From Nitrososphaerota archaeon (GTDB lineage: Archaea; Thermoproteota; Nitrososphaeria; Nitrososphaerales; Nitrosopumilaceae): a stretch of DNA of 64,000 nt. Of the stretch, positions 57,412 through 64,000 are shown in pieces. Below the pieces are notes generated by a model. The model had not been told where the DNA came from. It saw only the letters and a list, made by a program, of their open reading frames with translations, and did not search any database. Numbering within the stretch: position 1 is the stretch's first letter; every line of letters begins with the position of its first letter. Where the stretch lies: the NCBI GenBank assembly GCA_028867675.1, contig JAGWGA010000001.1:11667-75666 (forward strand), given 5' to 3'. A program made the position numbers and the translations under genes.

Positions 57412-58833
57412 CTAAATTTGTTTTATTTTTGGAATTAAAACAATAGAAAATGTGGCAATTATCAAGGCAAGTACCGCAAATGGAAATTCTGGTACTGCGG
57501 GAGTAATCACTTTGGACATGTTTGTTATTGTTATACTGTGAGTTGAAAAGTGAGGAATTAGAACCAACACTTGCACTCCACTTTGAGTAACTACTATGGC
57601 AAAGCTTGGACTATCTGTTGGTTTTGCGTGAAGTAATGCATCCATGTTTGGTGCTGGTTGTATGAGTTTTCCATCATACATAACACCAAGATCCTTTAGA
57701 TTTGCTACGTTAATTGTAGTGGCTTCAAGATTAAATGCAATTACCTTTGGACCTGTCTGACTTGATGCACTTACGTTGACATTTAGGGAATCAGACGTAC
57801 TACTGGTTGTTTGAACTGAAACATTATTGTCAATAGATGTAGTTTGAGCCTGATTATCTCCGACATTTACTTCAGCCGCTATTGTTTGACTGGCTTTTGC
57901 TTGATTGATATTTTGAATATCCTGTTGAGTTGGAGTAAATACAGATGAGGGAGATGATGATGAAGACGTAGTTGTTGATGAAGTTGAAGTTTGTTCATAG
58001 TTGAATGTGGCATTTGCTTGAGTGTATTTACCATACTGTGCTACGATTGTATAACTTCCAGAATTATTCCACAATGGTCCAGTAGCCTGAAAAGCATTAG
58101 TAAAACTTCCATCTGAACTTGGGACTAATTGACGAACTGCCATTAAAATTTGACTAGGATTGAAAATCTGAATAGTTATTGCAGTTGAACTTTGCAAGTC
58201 TCTGACATGTCCAGTTACAACAATAGTATCTCCTAGTTTGTAAGACGGTAAATCTGTCATGATGCTTAACGGTGCCACATTGGATGGACTTATGATTTGA
58301 TTGTTAGAATGCAATAATTGATATGAATTCGTTACATTGGCATTTGGATTAGTTGGTCCTGCTGTTTGTGTTAGATTGTATGATGATTTAATTAGTGCAG
58401 AGCCAGTTACGGTTCCACCCCACCCTGTTCTAGTAAAAGATACTGAAATACCATCAGTGGGTAATGTGCCAATCATCCCATCAGTAGGACCTTTTCCACT
58501 TGCATAATACTGAGTCATCTTCGTTTCATAAAGAGCGACTTTTCCAGCAAACACGCCTGTGTTAGGTCCAGTCTCTATTAGTTGATAATTATCAAGTTTG
58601 GCAGATCTAGTTGATACAGTAATTGTTCCACGTGTGCCATCTCCGATTATATCTATCACATTTGGATCAGTGTTACACGAAGGGACTGTAACGGTGATAG
58701 AAACTACGTCATTTGGTGTATAGACTTGTTTATCTAATTCTACATGAGAACCGCCAATATTGTTACAAATCGCAGTTTTATTCAATGGCGGAGATGTTGT
58801 CTGTCCTGATACTTGGGCAAAGATAGGCATCAC
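57412..58833 (-). CDS. PEF-CTERM-anchored surface protein with Ser/Thr-rich linker; 5' end anomalous
   Basis: C-terminus TPAVPEFPFAVLALIIATFSIVLIPKIK (PEF-CTERM). The first canonical start (GTG 58833/ATG 58830) falls inside a signal peptide. The h-region is encoded in frame upstream (58834-58908: KINLDYRILSVIAFTSLGILVSLAG) but has no ATG/GTG/TTG. Confidence 0.65.
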   Translation of the reverse strand: MMPIFAQVSGQTTSPPLNKTAICNNIGGSHVELDKQVYTPNDVVSITVTVPSCNTDPNVIDIIGDGTRGTITVSTRSAKLDNYQLIETGPNTGVFAGKVALYETKMTQYYASGKGPTDGMIGTLPTDGISVSFTRTGWGGTVTGSALIKSSYNLTQTAGPTNPNANVTNSYQLLHSNNQIISPSNVAPLSIMTDLPSYKLGDTIVVTGHVRDLQSSTAITIQIFNPSQILMAVRQLVPSSDGSFTNAFQATGPLWNNSGSYTIVAQYGKYTQANATFNYEQTSTSSTTTSSSSSPSSVFTPTQQDIQNINQAKASQTIAAEVNVGDNQAQTTSIDNNVSVQTTSSTSDSLNVNVSASSQTGPKVIAFNLEATTINVANLKDLGVMYDGKLIQPAPNMDALLHAKPTDSPSFAIVVTQSGVQVLVLIPHFSTHSITITNMSKVITPAVPEFPFAVLALIIATFSIVLIPKIKQI

Positions 58834-58932
58834 TCCTGCAAGGCTAACTAGAATTCCTAATGAAGTAAAAGCGATAACTGATAATATCCTATAGTCCAGA
58901 TTAATTTTTTATCGTTCTCTCATTAATAAACA

Positions 58933-58966
58933 GATCTTATGATGTGAATCAATATCAGATGTTAAG
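58933..58966. repeat. 34-bp direct repeat, copy C (GATCTTATGATGTGAATCAATATCAGATGTTAAG)
   Basis: Lies 8 nt downstream of the stop of the minus-strand gene 58975..59493 and 100 nt upstream of the first canonical start (GTG 58833) of the PEF-CTERM gene. Confidence 0.9.
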
Positions 58967-58974
58967 GCACTTGT

Positions 58975-59493
58975 TTATGTTTTTACTAGCGGAGTAGATG
59001 AAAATGAGATTACAAAAAATAGCAAACTCAAACCAAAGAGAACAATAATTGTGAAAATTACTTCTACGACTTTACTTTTTTCTTTCTTTAATGTACTCCA
59101 CTGTTTTTTTAAGGGGATTATGTAAGAAATTCCCATTGCGAGAAAACCCCATCCAAAAACTAACGTCATTATCGATGTAATTTTTTGACTGAAATTTAGT
59201 ACAATTAATAATAAATACATAATGCCAAGACCCAAAAAGACATACTGCGACCATCGCACCTTCTGTTTAGTTTCATCACTCAAAGGTATTAGTTGATAAA
59301 CTAACGAAGCAATAAAAGAAAAAAGAAACATGGAACCAGCGATAATAGCATAATTGTACACTGAAGAAAATTCTTCTATTTGATGAATCAGTACGGCTAT
59401 GCCGATTGAAACAGAAGCCAAAAATGCTAAAGGTTGTGAATTTTTTAATGCATCATAAAATCTCTTGTCTTCGCCACCAACTAATTCAACCAT
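58975..59493 (-). CDS. five-TM membrane protein (hypothetical)
   Basis: 172-aa ORF with regularly spaced hydrophobic helices. No motif recognised. Confidence 0.5.
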   Translation of the reverse strand: MVELVGGEDKRFYDALKNSQPLAFLASVSIGIAVLIHQIEEFSSVYNYAIIAGSMFLFSFIASLVYQLIPLSDETKQKVRWSQYVFLGLGIMYLLLIVLNFSQKITSIMTLVFGWGFLAMGISYIIPLKKQWSTLKKEKSKVVEVIFTIIVLFGLSLLFFVISFSSTPLVKT

Positions 59494-59539
59494 CTAAATA
59501 ACAAAAGTTATTCTCACTAATAACATTAAAGTGCAAGTT

Positions 59540-59830
59540 TCACGTTAGTATGTCATCGGCAAAAAAGCCGATGAGGGAATACCAAAATGGGAGACATGAA
59601 CAGGTTGGCTCGGCAAATCGTCCGCCGTGACCCACTGACAAGAAATCTGAGAGGACGACTGTGGTACACCGCAGTAAAAGTAACGGAAAAAGAGATATGG
59701 CGAAACATATACCGCCTATATCCTGTCTTGCGAAGAGACAGACGGCAAGACCGACTTTTTCCGCCAAAACGGAATTAAGCCCAAAAGTAGTTACTCTCTC
59801 AGTGTGTGCCCAAATTTAGTAAGCCACACT
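59540..59830. other. second GC-enriched hairpin-rich non-coding spacer
   Basis: Stem-loops read directly: 59554-73 CATCGGC-A6-GCCGATG; 59618-23/59653-58 TCGTCC/GGACGA; 59694-702/59713-22 GATATGGCG/CGCC(T)ATATC; 59723-41 CTGTCT-TGCGAAG-AGACAG. Only Arg-rich, low-complexity ORFs on both strands. Confidence 0.3.
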
Positions 59831-59959
59831 ACCACTCTTACATCTCAATATTGGAAATGTGTTTTCTTACGATCCTGCCACAATCAAGGCAAGCCCAATT
59901 CTCGTATAGAATATTGTTTTTACGCTTGATGTAAAAAATCACTCTCTTATGTTTGCAGT

Positions 59960-60091
59960 TTATCTGCGTCTCAACTTTTTCAATTCTATTTTCGTGCGTT
60001 CAATCACCTTCAATTTTCCAGCATCATCTTTGTCATTATCATAAGTGCCATCAACCAAGCCAAGCAAGAAATTCAATATTTCATCAATCAT
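59960..60091 (-). CDS. small protein (43 aa), last gene of the element operon
   Basis: Not in the ORF track. Reads MIDEILNFLLGLVDGTYDNDKDDAGKLKVIERTKIELKKLRRR. ATGA overlap with the upstream stop and a GAGGAGGT Shine-Dalgarno-like box 5 nt upstream. Confidence 0.4.
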   Translation of the reverse strand: MIDEILNFLLGLVDGTYDNDKDDAGKLKVIERTKIELKKLRRR

Positions 60092-60324
60092 TTCAACCTC
60101 CTCTTAAAAAACGTCCACGCCAGACCTTGAAGAAACGTGATAATGCTGATACTCTCCCAACTTGATGCCACGATTAAATATTCAGCAAGTTCTATAAACG
60201 AAATTTCATTTATGAAAAACAAAAACAAACCGATAATTCCAGTAAAAAGAAAAAAAGCACTTGCAATTGTTAATACTTCAATTATTACAAGTGCATACCT
60301 AATACGCCTGCGTATGTGTCGCAT
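60088..60324 (-). CDS. small two-TM membrane protein (element-borne)
   Basis: 78 aa. Arg-rich N-terminus and two hydrophobic helices. Starts 2 nt after the upstream stop. Confidence 0.5.
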   Translation of the reverse strand: MRHIRRRIRYALVIIEVLTIASAFFLFTGIIGLFLFFINEISFIELAEYLIVASSWESISIITFLQGLAWTFFKRRLK

Positions 60325-60325
60325 C

Positions 60326-60748
60326 TCATAGGGACTTTTGCTTCTTCTTCATCTGCATCATGGCAAAGTCTACAATCTTTTCTGATACCTTTGCAACAGA
60401 AATGGTGCGGTTGTAGATGTGCAGTGCATTATCGTATATCTCACTCATGAAGAGAGTACCAATATCGTAATCCACATTTGCTACAAACTGCCTCTCATAT
60501 TTTTTCAGAGCATCACCAACAAAGCCAGTCCACACCTCTAGGGTTACATTGTTTTTCTCTTCCCTAAGAAATGCGGATATTGTCTTTTCCTCGCCTTCGG
60601 CGATTTTCTCACTGATGATGGAAGATACCGTGGTCTTCTCCCTATCCTGCCTTACAAACAAGTCCCAAGACTTTTTGCCGTCTTCTTCCGTGTATGTCCT
60701 GTAAATTCTCCTATACCTTGTCTCAATCTGTGGCGTTTCATTTTCCAT
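60326..60748 (-). CDS. hypothetical soluble protein (element-borne)
   Basis: 140-aa ORF with normal composition. No motif recognised. Confidence 0.5.
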   Translation of the reverse strand: MENETPQIETRYRRIYRTYTEEDGKKSWDLFVRQDREKTTVSSIISEKIAEGEEKTISAFLREEKNNVTLEVWTGFVGDALKKYERQFVANVDYDIGTLFMSEIYDNALHIYNRTISVAKVSEKIVDFAMMQMKKKQKSL

Positions 60749-60819
60749 TTCATCACAATTAGATTAGAAAGTAAAGGTCTAAGAACCCGTAACATGTTTT
60801 TTGTTTATTTTGATAAATG

Positions 60820-61773
60820 CTAATCCCAATGCTTACTTTCCCATTCCCTTTTAGCATCGTATCTTCTTTCCTGTGCAAAATCCCTCCAATCACTTTCTTT
60901 TAGTGGACTTGGAGCTCTAAACCCCCATCCTTTTCCACTGCCACCGCCAAAAGTTATTTTCACTTTCCACAAACTCTTCTTTCCAACTTTTGCACCGTAT
61001 TTCTTTTTCAGGTCTTTTTGTATTTTTTCGTTATTACTCAGGTCTTTTTTATTTGCTGAACGCCAGATTACAACTCCTGTTACAAGTGATACCATCCCCA
61101 CAACTAAAATTATTGATTGCATTTCATTTAGCAAGAGTCTTCCGCCAATAGAAAAAAAGAAAAATCCAATTACAAATATTGCAACAACCGCCATATTCTT
61201 CAAAACAGATTTGTTTGCCTTACCATATTTTGCATCATAACTTGCCTTGAAAATAGCCATACTGTTTCTTTCCTGTGCCTCCGATCTAGGCTGTTCACAT
61301 CTTTTACGCTGAACTATAACAAACACATAAGCAAAGAACGAAATGGTTAGGATTCCTGGCACATTTGCCACCAAGCCCATTTCGTTAAAAGCAATACCCA
61401 AGCCCACAAAAATGCCAACAACACAAAGAACAGCAAGCCAATATTTTCTGCTAAAAACATCTACGATCTTGCGTGTTTGACTCTCTATGTTTTTTAATCC
61501 TTGTACCTGTTCCCATGTCCATCCCTTTGGTATCTCTCTGAAATACCTGAGCCTGAAAAACACTGGCAGACCGATAAACATAGCCAGTAGTACAAAAAAT
61601 AGCCAGCTATTGTCTATTGCATTTTGCCCCTTAATGCCTAAAAGTGTCATAACAGCAACCGCAAGGATAATCGAAATCGAGACCCAGAATCTACCCGAAG
61701 TAAAGTGAAACAAGTGTGAGAAGAAATTGTCCCTAGTCTTTCTCCAATTTCTTGGAACTTTTACTTTGTCCAA
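60820..61773 (-). CDS. polytopic membrane protein (element-borne; candidate channel/mating-pore component)
   Basis: 317 aa, about 7 TM helices, Gly-rich GGGSGKGWGF near the C-terminus. 13-nt overlap with the upstream ATPase gene. Confidence 0.55.
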   Translation of the reverse strand: MDKVKVPRNWRKTRDNFFSHLFHFTSGRFWVSISIILAVAVMTLLGIKGQNAIDNSWLFFVLLAMFIGLPVFFRLRYFREIPKGWTWEQVQGLKNIESQTRKIVDVFSRKYWLAVLCVVGIFVGLGIAFNEMGLVANVPGILTISFFAYVFVIVQRKRCEQPRSEAQERNSMAIFKASYDAKYGKANKSVLKNMAVVAIFVIGFFFFSIGGRLLLNEMQSIILVVGMVSLVTGVVIWRSANKKDLSNNEKIQKDLKKKYGAKVGKKSLWKVKITFGGGSGKGWGFRAPSPLKESDWRDFAQERRYDAKREWESKHWD

Positions 61774-63563
61774 TCCTTCAAAACCTCTTCAAGTTCATTG
61801 AGACAGCAGACTCTAAACTTGCCCTCTATGCCATCAACGGCAGAAAACGCATTCTCATATCTCTTTTTGACCTTATAATTTGCACAGACAAAAATTACTT
61901 TCTGTGCAGATTTTTCCAAAAGTTTTCTAACATCATCTTTAACATCCTCCTGAAAACCTGTCTTTGCATCGATGCAAAAATCGGGGGCGTAAATATCCCA
62001 ACCTTGATTGACTTGGCTCTCAGTATATTTTATTTTTAATTTGTCTAAAACTTTTCCAGCATCTTCAATTATAGTTCGGTGTACTTGGCTCTCGCCATTT
62101 GGAATGGAATAATAATATTGTCTTGGCTTCTGCTCGGGTTTTAATGTGATGGTGATATAATCAATTTTTCTAATCTTGCCTTCCGCTTCCAAGTCTTTTA
62201 ATGTCCTTGATATGATATTGCCCCTTTTCGGATGATTTTTGCCATAACCTAAGGAAAGTGCTATCCCGTGAGCCGTCATACAAAACTCATTCTTTTCTAA
62301 ATTCTTGATTATAGTTTTATCATCATCATTTACCGCCTGCACCTGCACGGTCTGCGTGGTCGTTCCTACCTGCTGTTCTCCTGTAAAATATTCCGATATT
62401 GCAAGATCTGAATTTAGTCTAGCCTCCTCCTTTACCTCTAACTTCAAAGTCTGCAATCTTTCATAATTTAGTTTGAAAACGGCTATTACGTCCTCATCAT
62501 GCTCATATTTTATGTCAATAAACTCATAGTCTCTTAATCTAATCACGCCGTCCCTGACAAACGCCCCGTAACCCTTCTCAATTGCCTGCATATCTTTGTC
62601 ATTTGTATTCCTAAAACAAAAAATCGTTCCAAAATGGCTACGATAATCTTCATCCAAGTGCGTATAATTTTGAGTGATACACAAAAAGCGTAGGTAGTAT
62701 GCACCTTCCAATAAAATAGTTCCAACTATGGAACTTTGCTGTTTGTATCTTAGCAAATGCCAAGCCTCATCTATTACGACACGGATTCTTTCCTCTCGCT
62801 GTTCTTTCTGTTCGATCCTGTTAATCTGCCTCAGATAATATTCTGCAAGAAAGGTCTTACTTTCCGTGTCTGGCACATTACCCAAATCTAGAATAATATT
62901 TCCTTTACTGAAATCGATATTGCCCTGCCTTGCACCTGTAGTGGCTCTTTGTAAAAGTTGAACCTTTGATTTTATGATTGACTTTATGTTTTCTTCCCAC
63001 TGCCCGCCATGTTGGCTGTCGAGTATTTTAAAAAATTCCTCAAAGTTTTTTGGATGTTGGAACATCACATATGCAACCCTGTCCAGTATTACGTCAATCA
63101 TTAGACCTTTCATGGAAAGGTCAGCAAAGAAGGCAGTTCTAAAAGCCTCTATGAAACTCTCCCAATCCGAAAACAAATTTGGCAAGTGCTGGGTTACATC
63201 AATCCAGTGATAACCAATTTCAAAATCTCTTTTTGTCAGTAGAAATTTTTTGAAACTAATTATGATTTTCCTCTCAGGTAATTTTAAACAAAGATATTCT
63301 CCAAGGGTTGTCTTTCCGCTTCTCGCTCCACCAATAATAAAAATATTCTCGTTAACTTTCTTTCTAACATATTCAATAAGGTCAAAGCCTTTCCTGCCAA
63401 CAGGCTCGTTTCTAATTTGTAAAAATCCGTCCAAATCCTCATTTTTTATTCTGCGAATGACTGAAACAAGAAACACGTCATAATCTTTTTTATATCTTAG
63501 AAAATCAAACAATCCCATACATACCCCCACAACCAACGCAACAATCCAATAGTGAAATAGCAA
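61761..63563 (-). CDS. membrane-anchored VirB4/HerA-FtsK-superfamily P-loop ATPase fused to wHTH-like and PD-(D/E)xK-like C-terminal segments
   Basis: 600 aa. N-terminal TM helix WIVALVVGVCMGLF, Walker A IIGGARSGKTTLGEY, Walker B RVVIDEAWHLL (DEAW as in the VirB4/TrbE and DUF87/HerA clades). Then ALSLGYGKNHPKRGNIISRTLKDLEAEGKIRKI (wHTH-like) and IIEDAG...WDIYAPDFCIDAK (E...D...DxK). Confidence 0.65.
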   Translation of the reverse strand: MLFHYWIVALVVGVCMGLFDFLRYKKDYDVFLVSVIRRIKNEDLDGFLQIRNEPVGRKGFDLIEYVRKKVNENIFIIGGARSGKTTLGEYLCLKLPERKIIISFKKFLLTKRDFEIGYHWIDVTQHLPNLFSDWESFIEAFRTAFFADLSMKGLMIDVILDRVAYVMFQHPKNFEEFFKILDSQHGGQWEENIKSIIKSKVQLLQRATTGARQGNIDFSKGNIILDLGNVPDTESKTFLAEYYLRQINRIEQKEQREERIRVVIDEAWHLLRYKQQSSIVGTILLEGAYYLRFLCITQNYTHLDEDYRSHFGTIFCFRNTNDKDMQAIEKGYGAFVRDGVIRLRDYEFIDIKYEHDEDVIAVFKLNYERLQTLKLEVKEEARLNSDLAISEYFTGEQQVGTTTQTVQVQAVNDDDKTIIKNLEKNEFCMTAHGIALSLGYGKNHPKRGNIISRTLKDLEAEGKIRKIDYITITLKPEQKPRQYYYSIPNGESQVHRTIIEDAGKVLDKLKIKYTESQVNQGWDIYAPDFCIDAKTGFQEDVKDDVRKLLEKSAQKVIFVCANYKVKKRYENAFSAVDGIEGKFRVCCLNELEEVLKDWTK

Positions 63564-63685
63564 AAATAATCCGACTAACGAAGCCTGTGCCAGATAGCGT
63601 GCAAGATGAACGTCTCGTGGAATATGTCGATACTTGATTTAATCGCCCTTGTCTTACTACATTGTATGTGGATAGTTTCTTAATA

Positions 63686-63994
63686 CTATGCATAGTATTC
63701 GTTTCCTTCCATCTCTTGCGGTCTGCTCATCAGATATTCTAATTCCGTAAATTCTGTGCAGTCTGCAAATTTCTTTAGCGATGCAGGAAACAGCCTGCCG
63801 ATAACAACATTTTCCCTCCTCCGAATTTTAATTAGGAGTTGTCTTACCTCTGGGACTAATTTTTGCCTCTTCTGTGATGATAATTTTGCGAAAGCATCAC
63901 GGATTTCCTCTGACTTTAGATCGCCTGAAAAGGTGTAGACGCTTTGCTCGTCTATACTGCCATTGTTGTTTAATGCATTAATTGTAGTTGCCAA
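63686..63994 (-). CDS. hypothetical protein (element-borne)
   Basis: 102-aa ORF starting 6 nt from the window edge. No motif recognised. Confidence 0.4.
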   Translation of the reverse strand: MATTINALNNNGSIDEQSVYTFSGDLKSEEIRDAFAKLSSQKRQKLVPEVRQLLIKIRRRENVVIGRLFPASLKKFADCTEFTELEYLMSRPQEMEGNEYYA

Positions 63995-64000
63995 CGCCTC

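Larger units (their letters stand above)
59960..64000 (-). mobile_element. part of an integrated plasmid/ICE-like or virus-like element (right end beyond the window; left limit uncertain, possibly 56.2 kb)
   Basis: Six or more co-directional genes with overlapping or abutting stops and starts, a VirB4/HerA-type ATPase plus membrane proteins, no housekeeping functions, and SD-like boxes. Adjacent to a toxin-antitoxin-like pair, att-like repeats and a truncated host gene. No integrase is visible in the window. Confidence 0.5.

Noticed and set aside
59567-59640. Possible C/D box sRNA (GAUGAG ... CUGA) in the second GC-rich spacer
   Set aside because: The C box is imperfect, no convincing C'/D' boxes or terminal stem are present, and the spacing does not give 12-nt guides.
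59540-59778. Overlapping 75-aa (minus) and 63-aa (plus) ORFs in the second GC-rich spacer
   Set aside because: Both are Arg/Cys-rich and low-complexity, they overlap each other on opposite strands, and they coincide with the stem-loops. I treat them as non-coding.
1044-63938. Numerous 60-160-aa ORFs nested antisense or out of frame inside long genes (e.g. 1044..1346, 2034..2294, 4142..4414, 5944..6384, 11346..11895, 13988..14293, 22271..22702, 25601..25998, 36532..36960, 37946..38401, 45470..45805, 62974..63483)
   Set aside because: Each is fully contained in a longer ORF that has recognisable domains or motifs. Their translations are low-complexity or mirror the partner, for example the GVGVT repeat opposite the PTPVT linker. 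There is no independent evidence for any of them.

Overview
This is a low-G+C archaeal chromosome segment. Hand counts give about 37% G+C in a typical coding line and 15% in one spacer. The gene content includes class I LysRS, Elp3, aSUI1, Sec61-beta, Tsr3, a JAMM protease, the coenzyme F420 genes cofC-cofD and cofG-cofH, PEF-CTERM surface proteins, an archaeal RNase P RNA and an intron-containing tRNA, and some TATA boxes sit about 26 nt from start codons. This is what I would expect from a marine ammonia-oxidising thaumarchaeon (Nitrosopumilus-like), but that assignment is inference because no search was run. Bases 1-50 kb hold tightly packed housekeeping, transport and envelope genes, two tRNAs and RNase P RNA. 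Bases 50-56 kb are a variable-looking stretch of small Cys-rich and secreted proteins, a duplicated promoter module, an orphan response regulator, a TrmB-like regulator and a UbiA prenyltransferase. From 56.2 kb to the right edge the DNA looks accessory or foreign. A secreted-protein gene stops abruptly at a sharp composition break. It is followed by a roughly 450-nt, about 60% G+C, hairpin-dense non-coding island with nested long-range helices and GGGGTCTCA iterons. Next come a MazF-like toxin pair and 34-bp direct repeats bracketing a PEF-CTERM gene whose signal peptide lacks a canonical start codon. Then there is a second GC-rich structured spacer and a tightly coupled minus-strand operon. 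That operon encodes a membrane-anchored VirB4/HerA-type ATPase fused to wHTH and nuclease-like segments, and it runs off the window. The GC-rich island next to the toxin module is my top candidate for something undescribed. I could not assign it to any RNA family I know.
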